Shown here piece by piece: positions 44,100-58,950 of a stretch of 64,000 nucleotides of DNA (position 1 is the stretch's first letter; every line of letters starts with the position of its first letter). The position numbers and the translations under genes are program-made. The notes under the pieces were generated by a model. That model searched no databases and had not been told where the DNA came from. It saw nothing but the letters and a program-made list of their open reading frames with translations. The DNA is from the human T2T-CHM13v2.0 reference genome, Homo sapiens. Location: the NCBI RefSeq assembly GCF_009914755.1, contig NC_060925.1. The stretch is one strand, 5' to 3'.

Positions 44100-47000
44100 T
44101 CATCATCTAATGGAATTGCATGGAATCATCATAAAATGGAATCGAATGGAATCATCATCAAATGGAATCAAATGGAATCATTGAACGGAATTGAATGGAA
44201 TCGTCATCGAATGAATTGAATGCAATCATCGAATGGTCTCGAATGGAATCATCTTCAAATGGAATGGAATGGAATCATCGCATAGAATCGAATGGAATTA
44301 TCATCGAATGGAATCGAATGGAATCAACATCAAATGGAAAAAAACGGAATTATCGAATGGAATCGAAGAGAATCATCGAATGGACCCGAATGGAATCATC
44401 TAATGGAATGGAATGGAATAATCCATGGACTCGAATGCAATCATCATCGAATGGAATCGAATGGAATCATCGAATGGACTCGAATGGAATAATCATCAAA
44501 CGGAATCGAATGGAATCATCATCGGATGGAAATGAATAGAATCATCATCGAATGGAATCGAATAGAATTATGGAATGAAATCCAGTGTGATCATCATCGA
44601 ATGCACCCGAATGAAATCATCATCCAACGGAAGCTAATGGAATCAACATCGAATGAATCGAATGGAAACACCATCGAATTGAAACGAATGGAATTATCAT
44701 GAAATTGAAATGGATGGACTCATCATCGAATGGATTCGAATGGAATCATCGAATAAAATTGATTGAAATCATCAACAAATGGAATCGAATGGTATCATTG
44801 AATGGAATCGAATGGAATCATCATCAGATGGAAATGAATGGAATCGTCATAGAATGGAATCGAATGGATTCATTGAGTGGAATCAGATGGAATCATCGAA
44901 TGGACTGGAATGGAATCACTGAATGGACTCGAAAGGGATCATCATTGAATGGAATTGAATGGAATCATCGAATGGTCTCGATTGGAATCATTATCAAATG
45001 GAATCGAATGAAATCACCGAATAGAATCGAATGGAACAATCATCGAATGGACTCAAATGGAATTATCTTCAAATGGAATCGAATGGAATTATCGAATGCA
45101 ATCGAATGGAATTATCGAATGCAATCAAATAGAATCATCGAATGGACTCGAATGGAATCATCGAATGGAATGGAATGGAACAGTCAATGAACTCGAATGG
45201 AATCATCATTGAATGGAATCGAATGGAATCATCGAGTGGAATCGAATGGAATTATGATCAAATGGAATCGAATGTAATCATCATCAAATGGAATCAAAAA
45301 TAACCATCATCAATTAGTATTGAATGGATTTGTCATCAAATGGAATTCAAAGGAATCATCATCAAATGGAACCGAATGGAATCCTCATTGAATGGAAATG
45401 AAAGGGGTCATCATCTAATGGAATCGCATGGAATCATCATCAAATGGAATCGAATGCAATCTTCATCAAATGGAATCTAATGGAATCATTGAACAGAATT
45501 GAATGGAATCGTCATCGAATGAATTGAATGCAATCATCGAATGGTCTCGAATGGAATCATCTTCTAATGGAAAGGAATGGAATCATCGCATAGAATCGAA
45601 TGGAATTAACATTGAATGGACTCGAATGGAATCCACATCAAACGGAATCAAGCGGAATTATCGAATGGAATCGAAGAGAATCATCCAATGGACTCGAATG
45701 GAATCATCTAATGGAATGGAATGGAATAATCCACGGACTCGAATGCAATCATCATCGTATAGAATCGAATGGAATCATCGAATGGACTCGAATGGAATAA
45801 TCATTGAACGGAATCAAATGGAATCATCATCGGATGGAAACGAAAGGAATCATCATCGAATGGAAATGAAAAGAGTCATCATCTAATGGAATTGCATGGA
45901 ATCATCATAAAATGGAATCGAATGGAATCAACATCAAATGGAATCAAATGGAATCATTGAACGGAATTGAATGGAATCGTCATCGAATGAATTGAATGCA
46001 ATCATCGAATGGTCTCGAATGGAATCATCTTCAAATGGAATGGTATGGAATCCTCGCATAGAATCGAATGTAATTATCATCGAATGGAATCGAATGAAAT
46101 CAACAACAAACGGAAAAAAAAGGAATTATCGAATGGAATCGAAGAGAATCATCGAATGGACCCGAATGGAATGATCTAATGGAATGGAATGGAATAATCC
46201 ATGGACTCGAATGCAATCATCATCGAATGGAATCGAATCGAATCATCGAATGGACTCGAATGGAATAATCATTGAACGGAATCGCATGGAGTCATCATCG
46301 GATGGAACTGAATGGAATCATCATCGAATGGAATCGAATAGAATTATGGAATGAAATCCAGTGTGATCAGCATCGAATAGACCCGAATGGAATCATCATC
46401 CAACGGAAGCTAATGGAATCAACATCGAATGAATCGAATGGAAACACCATCGAATTGAAACGAATGGAATTATCATGAAAGTGAAATGGATGGACTCGTC
46501 ATCGAATGGATTCGAATGGAATCATCGAATAAAATTGATTGAAATCATCATCAAGTGGAATCGAATGGTATCATTGAATGGAATCGAATGGAATCATCAG
46601 ATGGAAATGAATTGAATCGTCATAGAATGGAATCGAATGGATTCATTGAATGGAATCAGATGGAATCATCGAATGGACTGGAATGGAATCATTGAATGGA
46701 CTCGAAAGGGATCATTATTGAATGGCATTGAATGGAATCATCGAATGGTCTCGATTGGAATCATTATCAAATGGAATCGAATGGAATCACCGAATAGAAT
46801 CGAATGGAACAATCATCGAATGGACACAAATGGAATTATCCTCAAATGGAATCGAATGGAATTATCGAATGCAATCGAATGGAATTATCGAATGCAATCG
46901 AATAGAATCATCGAATAGATTCGAATGGAATCATCGAATGGAATGGAATGGAACAGTCAATGAACTCGAATGGAATCATCATTGAATGGAATCGAATGGA

Positions 47001-50000
47001 ATCATCGAGTGGAATCGAATGGAATTTTGATCAAAAGGAATCGAATGTAATAATCATCAAATGGAATCAAAAATAACAATCATCAATTGGTATTGAATGG
47101 AATTGTCATCAAATGGAATTCAAAGGAATCATCATCAAATGGAACCGAATGGAATCCTCATTGAATGGAAATGAAAGGGGTCATCATCTAATGGAATCAC
47201 ATGGAATCATCATCAAATGGAATCGAAAGGAATCATCATCAAATGGAATCTAATGGAATCATTGAACAGAATTGAATGGAATCGTCATTGAATGAATTGA
47301 ATACAATCATCGAATGGTCTCGAATGGAATCATCTTCTAATGGAAAGGAATGGAATCATCGCATAGAATCGAATGGAATTAACATTGAATGGACTCGAAT
47401 GGAATCAATATCTAACGGAATCAAGCGGAATTATCGAATGTAATCGAAGAGAACCATCGAATGGACTCGAATGGAATCATCTAATGGAATGGAATGGAAT
47501 AATCCACGGACTCGAATGCAATCATCATCGTATAGAATCGAATGGAATCATTGAATGGACTCGAATGGAATCATCATTGAACGGAATCGAATGGAATCAT
47601 CATCGGATGGAAACGAATGGAATCATCATCGAATGGAAATGAAAGGAGTCATCATCTAATGGAATTGCATGGAATCATCATAAAATGGAATCGAATGGAA
47701 TCATCATCAAATGGAATCAAATGGAATCATTGAACGGAATTGAATGGAATCGTCATCGAATGAATTGAATGCAATCATCGAATGGTCTCGAATGGAATCA
47801 TCTTCAAATGGAATGGAATGGAATCATCGCATAGAATCGAATGGAATTATCATCGAATGGAATCGAATGGAATCAACATCAAATGGAAAAAAACGGAATT
47901 ATCGAATGGAATCGAAGAGAATCATCGAATGGACCCGAATGGAATCATCTAATGGAATGGAATGGAATAATCCATGGACTCGAATGCAATCATCATCGAA
48001 TGGAATCGAATGGAATCATCGAATGGACTCGAATGGAATAATCATCAAACGGAATCGAATGGAATCATCATCGGATGGAAATGAATAGAATCATCATCGA
48101 ATGGAATCGAATAGAATTATGGAATGAAATCCAGTGTGATCATCATCGAATGCACCCGAATGAAATCATCATCCAACGGAAGCTAATGGAATCAACATCG
48201 AATGAATCGAATGGAAACACCATCGAATTGAAACGAATGGAATTATCATGAAATTGAAATGGATGGACTCATCATCGAATGGATTCGAATGGAATCATCG
48301 AATAAAATTGATTGAAATCATCATCAAATGGAATCGAATGGTATCATTGAATGGAATCGAATGGAATCATCATCAGATGGAAATGAATGGAATCGTCATA
48401 GAATGGAATCGAATGGATTCATTGAGTGGAATCAGATGGAATCATCGAATGGACTGGAATGGAATCACTGAATGGACTCGAAAGGGATCATCATTGAATG
48501 GAATTGAATGGAATCATCGAATGGTCTCGATTGGAATCATTATCAAATGGAATCGAATGAAATCACCGAATAGAATCGAATGGAACAATCATCGAATGGA
48601 CTCAAATGGAATTATCTTCAAATGGAATCGAATGGAATTATCGAATGCAATCGAATGGAATTATCGAATGCAATCGAATAGAATCATCGAATGGACTCGA
48701 ATGGAATCATCGAATGGAATGGAATGGAACAGTCAATGAACTCGAATGGAATCATCATTGAATGGAATCGAATGGAATCATCGAGTGGAATCGAATGGAA
48801 TTATGATCAAATGGAATCGAATGTAATCATCATCAAATGGAATCAAAAATAACCATCATCAATTAGTATTGAATGGATTTGTCATCAAATGGAATTCAAA
48901 GGAATCATCATCAAATGGAACCGAATGGAATCCTCATTGAATGGAAATGAAAGGGGTCATCATCTAATGGAATCGCATGGAATCATCATCAAATGGAATC
49001 GAATGCAATCTTCATCAAATGGAATCTAATGGAATCATTGAACAGAATTGAATGGAATCGTCATCGAATGAATTGAATGCAATCATCGAATGGTCTCGAA
49101 TGGAATCATCTTCTAATGGAAAGGAATGGAATCATCGCATAGAATCGAATGGAATTAACATTGAATGGACTCGAATGGAATCCACATCAAACGGAATCAA
49201 GCGGAATTATCGAATGGAATCGAAGAGAATCATCCAATGGACTCGAATGGAATCATCTAATGGAATGGAATGGAATAATCCACGGACTCGAATGCAATCA
49301 TCATCGTATAGAATCGAATGGAATCATCGAATGGACTCGAATGGAATAATCATTGAACGGAATCAAATGGAATCATCATCGGATGGAAACGAAAGGAATC
49401 ATCATCGAATGGAAATGAAAAGAGTCATCATCTAATGGAATTGCATGGAATCATCATAAAATGGAATCGAATGGAATCAACATCAAATGGAATCAAATGG
49501 AATCATTGAACGGAATTGAATGGAATCGTCATCGAATGAATTGAATGCAATCATCGAATGGTCTCGAATGGAATCATCTTCAAATGGAATGGTATGGAAT
49601 CCTCGCATAGAATCGAATGTAATTATCATCGAATGGAATCGAATGAAATCAACAACAAACGGAAAAAAAAGGAATTATCGAATGGAATCGAAGAGAATCA
49701 TCGAATGGACCCGAATGGAATGATCTAATGGAATGGAATGGAATAATCCATGGACTCGAATGCAATCATCATCGAATGGAATCGAATCGAATCATCGAAT
49801 GGACTCGAATGGAATAATCATTGAACGGAATCGCATGGAGTCATCATCGGATGGAACTGAATGGAATCATCATCGAATGGAATCGAATAGAATTATGGAA
49901 TGAAATCCAGTGTGATCAGCATCGAATAGACCCGAATGGAATCATCATCCAACGGAAGCTAATGGAATCAACATCGAATGAATCGAATGGAAACACCATC

Positions 50001-51200
50001 GAATTGAAACGAATGGAATTATCATGAAAGTGAAATGGATGGACTCGTCATCGAATGGATTCGAATGGAATCATCGAATAAAATTGATTGAAATCATCAT
50101 CAAGTGGAATCGAATGGTATCATTGAATGGAATCGAATGGAATCATCAGATGGAAATGAATTGAATCGTCATAGAATGGAATCGAATGGATTCATTGAAT
50201 GGAATCAGATGGAATCATCGAATGGACTGGAATGGAATCATTGAATGGACTCGAAAGGGATCATTATTGAATGGCATTGAATGGAATCATCGAATGGTCT
50301 CGATTGGAATCATTATCAAATGGAATCGAATGGAATCACCGAATAGAATCGAATGGAACAATCATCGAATGGACACAAATGGAATTATCCTCAAATGGAA
50401 TCGAATGGAATTATCGAATGCAATCGAATGGAATTATCGAATGCAATCGAATAGAATCATCGAATAGATTCGAATGGAATCATCGAATGGAATGGAATGG
50501 AACAGTCAATGAACTCGAATGGAATCATCATTGAATGGAATCGAATGGAATCATCGAGTGGAATCGAATGGAATTTTGATCAAAAGGAATCGAATGTAAT
50601 AATCATCAAATGGAATCAAAAATAACAATCATCAATTGGTATTGAATGGAATTGTCATCAAATGGAATTCAAAGGAATCATCATCAAATGGAACCGAATG
50701 GAATCCTCATTGAATGGAAATGAAAGGGGTCATCATCTAATGGAATCACATGGAATCATCATCAAATGGAATCGAAAGGAATCATCATCAAATGGAATCT
50801 AATGGAATCATTGAACAGAATTGAATGGAATCGTCATTGAATGAATTGAATACAATCATCGAATGGTCTCGAATGGAATCATCTTCTAATGGAAAGGAAT
50901 GGAATCATCGCATAGAATCGAATGGAATTAACATTGAATGGACTCGAATGGAATCAATATCTAACGGAATCAAGCGGAATTATCGAATGTAATCGAAGAG
51001 AACCATCGAATGGACTCGAATGGAATCATCTAATGGAATGGAATGGAATAATCCACGGACTCGAATGCAATCATCATCGTATAGAATCGAATGGAATCAT
51101 TGAATGGACTCGAATGGAATCATCATTGAACGGAATCGAATGGAATCATCATCGGATGGAAACGAATGGAATTATCATCGAATGGAAATGAAAGGAGTCA
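44100..51200 (+). repeat. Near-identical tandem duplication of a 3549-bp two-unit block
   Basis: ORF pairs 44195/47744, 44699/48248, 45503/49052, 45971/49520, 46637/50186 and 47373/50922 are all offset by 3549. Rare variants are shared (CAATTAGTATT, AACGAAAGG, CGAATAGACCC, TGGACACAAA). Confidence 0.9.
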
Positions 51201-52244
51201 TCATCTAATGGAATCGCATGGAATCATCATAAAATGGAATCGAATGGAATCAACATCAAATGGAATCAAATGGAATCATTGAACGGAATTGAATGCAATC
51301 GTCATCGTATGAATTGAATGCAATCATCGAATGGTCTCGAATGGAATCATCTTCAAATGGAATGGAATGGAATCATCGCATAGAATCGAATGGAATTATC
51401 ATCGAATGGAATCGAAAGGTATCAACATCAAACGGAAAAAAACGGAATTATCGAATGGAATCGAAGAGAATCATCGAACGGACCCGAATGGAATCATCTA
51501 ATGGAAAGGAATGGAATAATCCATGGACTCGAATCCAATCATCATCGAATGGAATCGAATGGAATCTTTGAAAGGACTCTAATGGAATAATCATTGAACG
51601 GAATCGAATGGAATCATCATCGAATGGAAACTAATGGAATCATCATCGAATGGAAATGAAAGGAGTCATCTAATGGAATTGCACGGAATCAACATAAAAT
51701 GGAATCGAATGGAATCAACATCAAATGGAATGAAATGGAATCATTGAACGGAATTGAATGGAATCTTCATCGAATGAATTGAATGCAATCATCGAATGGT
51801 CTCGAATGGAATCATCTTCAAATGGAATGGAATGGAATCATCGCATAGAATCGAATGGAATTATCATCGAATGGACTCGAATGGAATCAACATCAAACGG
51901 AAAAAAAGGGAATTATCGAATGGAATCGAAGAGAATCATCGAATGGACCCGAATGGAATCATCTAATGGAATGGAATGGAATAATCCATGGACTCGAATG
52001 CAATCATCATCGAATGGAATCGAATGGAATCATCGAATGGACTCGAATGGAATAATCATTGAACGGAATCGAATGGAATCATCATCGGATGGAAACGAAT
52101 GGAATCATCATCGAATGGAAATGAAAGGAGTCATGTAACGGAATTACATGGAATCATCATAAAATGGAATTGAATGGAATCAACATCAAATGGAATCCAA
52201 TGGAATCATTGAACGGAATTGAATGAATCGTCTTCGAATCAATT

Positions 52245-55200
52245 GAATGCAATCATCGAATGGTCTCGAATGGAATCATGTTCAAATGGAATGGAATGGA
52301 ATCATCGCATAGAATCGAATGTAATTATCATCGAATGGAATCGAATGAAATCAACAACAAACGGAAAAAAAAAGGAATTATCGAATGGAATCAAAGAGAA
52401 TCATCGAATGGACCCGAATGGAATCATCTAATGGAATGGAATGGAATAATCCATGGACTCGAATGCAATCATCATCGAATGGAATCGAATGGAATCATCG
52501 AATGGACTCGAATGGAATAATCATAGAACGGAATCGAATGGAATCATCATCGGATGGAAATGAATGGAATCATCATCGAATGGAATCGAATAGAATTATG
52601 GAATGAAATCCAGTGTGATCATCATCGAATGCACCCGAATGGAATCATCATCCAACGGAATCTAATGGAAACAACATCGAATGAATCGAATGGAAACACC
52701 ATCGAATTGAAACGAGTGGAATTATCATGAAATTGAAATGGATGGACTCATCATCGAATGGATTCGAATGGAATCATCGAATAAAATTGATTGAAATCAT
52801 CATCAAATGGAATCGAATGGTATCATTGAATGGAATCGAATGGAATCATCATCAGATGGAAATGAATGGAATCGTCATAGAATGGAATCGAATGGATTCG
52901 TTGAATGGAATCAGATGGAATCATCGAATGGACTGGAATGGAATCATTGAATGGACTCGAGAGGGATCATTATTGAATGGAATTGAATGGAATCATGGAA
53001 TGGTCTCGATTGGAATCATTATCAAATGGAATCGAATGGAATCACCGAATAGAATCGAATGGAACAATCATCGAATGGACTCCAATGGAATTATCCTCAA
53101 ATGGAATCGAATGGAATTATCGAATGCAATCGAATGGAATTATCGAATGCAATCGAATAGAATCATCGAATGGACTCGAATGGAATCATCGAATGGAATG
53201 GAATGGAACAGTCAATGAACTCGAATGGAATCATCATTGAATGGAATCGAATGGAATCATCGAGTGGAATCGAATGGAATTATGATCAAATGGAATCGAA
53301 TGTAATCATCATCAAATGGAATCAAAGATAATCATCATCAATTGGTATTGAATGGAATTGTCATCAAATGGAATTCAAAGGAATCATCACCAAATGGAAC
53401 CGAAAGGAATCCTAATTGAATGGAAATGAAAGGGGTCATCATCTAATGGAATCGCATGGAATCATCATCAAATGGAATCGAATGGAATCATCATCAGATG
53501 GAATCTAATGGAATCATTGAACAGAATTGAATGGAATCGTCATCGAATGAATTGAATGCAATCATCGAATGGTCTCGAATGGAATCATCTTCAAATGGAA
53601 TGGAATGGAATCATCGCATAGAATCGAATGGAATTATCATCGAATGGAATCGAATGGAATCAACATCAAACGGAAAAAAACGGAATTATCGAATGGAATC
53701 GAAGAGAATCATAGAATGGTCCCGAATGGAATCGTCTAATGGAATGGAATGGAATAATCCATGGACTCGAATGCAATCATCATCGAATGGAATCGAATGG
53801 AATCATCGAATGGACTCGAATGGAATAATCACTGAACGGAATCGAATGGAATCATCATCGGATGGAAATGAATGGAATCATTATCGAATGGAATCGAATA
53901 GAATTATGGAATGAAATCCAGTGTCATCATCATCGAATGGACCTGAATGGAATCATCATCCAACGGAAGCTAATGGAATCAACATCGAATGAATCGAATG
54001 GAAACACCATCGAATTGAAACGAGTGGAATTATCATGAAATTGAAATGGATGGACTCATCATCGAATGGATTCGAATGGAATCATCGAATAAAATTGATT
54101 GAAATCATCATCAAATGGAATCGAATGGTAGCATTGAATGGAATCGAATGGAATCATCATCAGATGGAAATGAATGGAATCGTCATAGAATGGAATCGAA
54201 TGGATTCATTGAATGGAATCAGATGGAATCTTCGAATGGACTGGAATGGAATCATTGAATGGACTCAAAAGGGATCATTATTGAATGGAATTGAATGGAA
54301 TCATCGAATGGTCTCGATTGGAATCATTATCAAATGGAATCGAATGGAATCACCGAATAGAATCGAATGGAACAATCATCGAATGGACTCAAATGAAATT
54401 ATCCTCAAGTGGAATCGAATGGAATTATCGAATGCAATCGAATGGAATTATCGAATGCAATCGAATAGAATCATCGAATGGACTCGAATGGAATCATCGA
54501 ATGGAATGGAATGGAACAGTCAATGAACTCGAATGGAATCATCATTGAATGGAATCGAATGGAATCATCGAGTGGAATCGAATGGAATTATGATCAAATG
54601 GAATCGAATGTAATCATCATCAAATGGAATCAAAAATAACCATCATCAATTGGTATTCAATGGAATTGTCATCAAATGGAATTCAAAGGTATCATCATCA
54701 AATGGAACCGAATGGAATCCTCATTGAATGGAAATGAAAGGGGTCATCATCTAATGGAATCACATGGAATCATCATCAAATGGAATCGAATGGAATCATC
54801 ATCAAATGGAATCTAATGGAATCATTGAACAGAATTGAATGGAATCGTCATCGAATGAATTGAATGCAATCATCGAATGGTCTCGAATGGAATCATCTTC
54901 TAATGGAAAGGAATGGAATCATCGCATAAAATCGAATGGAATTAACATTGAATGGACTCGAATGGAATCCACATCAAACGGAATCAAGCGGAATTATCGA
55001 ATGGAATCGAAGAGAATCATCGAATGGACCCGAATGGAATCATCTAATGGAATGGAATGGAATAATCCACGGACTCGAATGCAAACATCATCGTATAGAA
55101 TCGAATGGAATCATTGAATGGACTCGAATGGAATAATCATTGAACGGAATCAAATGGAATCATCATCGGATGGAAACGAATGGAATCATCATCGAATGGA

Positions 55201-58200
55201 AAAGAAAAGAGTCATCATCTAATGGAATTGCATGGAATCATCATAAAATGGAATCGAATGGAATCAACATCAAATGGAATCAAATGGAATCATTGAACGG
55301 AATTGAATGGAATCGTCATCGAATGAATTGAATGCAATCATCGAATGGTCTCGAATGGAATCATCTTCTAATGGAAAGTAATGGAATCATCGCATAGAAT
55401 CGAATGGAATTAAAATTGAATGGACTCGAATGGAATCAACACCAAACGGAAAAAAACGGAATTATCGAATGGAATCGAAGAGAATCATCGAATGGACCCG
55501 AATGGAATCATCTAATGGAATGGAATGGAATAATCCATGGACTCGAATGCAATCATCATCGAATGGAATCGAATGGAATCATCGAATGGACTCGAATGGA
55601 ATAATCATTGAACGGAATCGAATGGAATCATCATCGGATGGAAAAGAATGGAATCATCATCGAATGGAAATGAAAGGAGTCATCATCTAATGGAATTGCA
55701 TGGAATCATCATAAAATGGAATCGAATGGAATCAACATCAAATGGAATCCAATGGAATCATTGAACGGAATTGAATGGAATCGTCATCGAATCAATTGAA
55801 TGCAATCATCGAATGGTCTCGAATGGAATCATGTTCAAATGGAATGGAATGGAATCATCGCATAGAATCGAATGTAATTATCATCGAATGGAATCGAATG
55901 AAATCAACAACAAACGGAAAAAAAAGGAATTATCGAATGGAATCAAAGAGAATCATCGAATGGACCCGAATGGAATCATCTAATGGAATGGAATGGAATA
56001 ATCCATGGACTCGAATGCAATCATCATCGAATGGAATCGAATGGAATCATCGAATGGACTCGAATGGAATAATCATAGAACGGAATCGAATGGAATCATC
56101 ATCGGATGGAAATGAATGGAATCACCATCGAATGGAATCGAATAGAATTATGGAATGAAATCCAGTGTGATCATCATCGAATGCACCCGAATGGAATCAT
56201 CATCCAACGGAATCTAATGGAAACAACATCGAATGAATCGAATGGAAACACCATCGAATTGAAACGAGTGGAATTATCATGAAATTGAAATGGATGGACT
56301 CATCATCGAATGGATTCGAATGGAATCATCGAATAAAATTGATTGAAATCATCATCAAATGGAATCGAATGGTATCATTGAATGGAATCGAATGGAATCA
56401 TCATCAGATGGAAATGAATGGAATCGTCATAGAATGGAATCGAATGGATTCATTGAATGGAATCAGATGGAATCATCGAATGGACTGGAATGGAATCATT
56501 GAATGGACTCGAGAGGGATCATTATTGAATGGAATTGAATGGAATCATGGAATGGTCTCGATTGGAATCATTATCAAATGGAATCGAATGGAATCACCGA
56601 ATAGAATCGAATGGAACAATCATCGAATGGACTCCAATGGAATTATCCTCAAATGGAATCGAATGGAATTATCGAATGCAATCGAATGGAATTATCGAAT
56701 GCAATCGAATAGAATCATCGAATGGACTCGAATGGAATCATCGAATGGAATGGAATGGAACAGTCAATGAACTCGAATGGAATCATCTTTGAATGGAATC
56801 GAAAGGAATCATCGAGTGGAATCGAATGGAATTATGATCAAATGGAATCGAATGTAATCATCATCAAATGGAATCAAAGATAACCATCATCAATTGGTAT
56901 TGAATGGAATTGTCATCAAATGGAATTCAAACGAATCATCACCAAATGGAACCGAAAGGAATCCTCATTGAATGGAAATGAAAGGGGTCATCATCTAATG
57001 GAATCGCATGGAATCATCATCAAATGGAATCGAATGGAATCATCATCAGATGGAATCTAATGGAATCATTGAACAGAATTGAATGGAATCGTCATCGAAT
57101 GAATTGAATGCAATCATCGAATGGTCTCGAACGGAATCATCTTCTAATGGAAAGGAATGGAATCATCGCATAGAATCGAATGGAATTAACATTGAATGGA
57201 CTCGAATGGAATCAACATCAAACGGAATCAAGCGGAATTATCGAATGGAATCGAAGAGAATCATCGAATGGACTCGAATGAAATCATCTAATGGAATAGA
57301 ATGGAATAATCCACGGACTCGAATGCAATCATCATCGTATAGAATCGAATGGAATCATCGAAAGGACTCGAAAGGAATAATCATTGAACGGAATCGAATG
57401 GAATCATCATCGGATGGAAACGAATGGAATCATCATCGAATGGAAATGAAAGGAGTCATCATCTAATGGAATTGCATGGAATCATCATAAAATGGAATCG
57501 AATGGAATCATCATCAAATGGAATCAAATGGAATCATTGAACGGAATTGAATGGAATCGTCATCGAATGAATTGAATGCAATCATCGAATGGTCTCGAAT
57601 GGAATCATCTTCAAATGGAATGGAATGGAATCATCGCATAGAATCGAATGGAATTATCATCGAATGGAATCGAATGGAATCAACATCAAATGGAAAAAAA
57701 CGGAATTATCGAATGGAATCGAAGAGAATCATCGAATGGACCCGAATGGAATCATCTAATGGAATGGAATGGAATAATCCATGGACTCGAATGCAATCAT
57801 CATCGAATGGAATCGAATGGAATCATCGAATGGACTCGAATGGAATAATCATCAAACGGAATCGAATGGAATCATCATCGGATGGAAATGAATAGAATCA
57901 TCATCGAATGGAATCGAATAGAATTATGGAATGAAATCCAGTGTGATCATCATCGAATGCACCCGAATGGAATCATCATCCAACGGAAGCTAATGGAATC
58001 AACATCGAATGAATCGAATGGAAACACCATCGAATTGAAACGAATGGAATTATCATGAAATTGAAATGGATGGACTCATCATCGAATGGATTCGAATGGA
58101 ATCATCGAATAAAATTAATTGAAATCATCATCAAATGGAATCGAATGGTATCATTGAATGGAATCGAATGGAATCATCATCAGATGGAAATGAATGGAAT

Positions 58201-58950
58201 CGTCATAGAATGGAATCGAATGGATTCATTGAGTGGAATCAGATGGAATCATCGAATGGACTGGAATGGAATCACTGAATGGACTCGAAAGGGATCATCA
58301 TTGAATGGAATTGAATGGAATCATCGAATGGTCTCGATTGGAATCATTATCAAATGGAATCGAATGAAATCACCGAATAGAATCGAATGGAACAATCATC
58401 GAATGGACTCAAATGGAATTATCTTCAAATGGAATCGAATGGAATTATCGAATGCAATCGAATGGAATTATCGAATGCAATCGAATAGAATCATCGAATG
58501 GACTCGAATGGAATCATCGAATGGAATGGAATGGAACAGTCAATGAACTCGAATGGAATCATCATTGAATGGAATCGAATGGAATCATCGAGTGGAATCG
58601 AATGGAATTATGATCAAATGGAATCGAATGTAATCATCATCAAATGGAATCAAAAATAACGATCATCAATTGGTATTGAATGGATTTGTCATCAAATGGA
58701 ATTCAAAGGAATCATCATCAAATGGAACCGAATGGAATCCTCATTGAATGGAAATGAAAGGGGTCATCATCTAATGGAATCGCATGGAATCATCATCAAA
58801 TGGAATCGAATGCAATCTTCATCAAATGGAATCTAATGGAATCATTGAACAGAATTGAATGGAATCGTCATCGAATGAATTGAATGCAATCATCGAATGG
58901 TCTCGAATGGAATCATCTTCTAATGGAAAGGAATGGAATCATCGCATAGA
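52245..58950 (+). repeat. Near-identical copy of positions 1-~6700 (offset 52244)
   Basis: ORF pairs 16/52260, 483/52727, 1791/54035, 4035/56279 and 5811/58055. Shared private variants include GATTCGTTGA, GAATCCTAATT, ATCACTGAAC, GGACCTGAA, AAATTAATTG and AATAACGATC. Confidence 0.9.
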
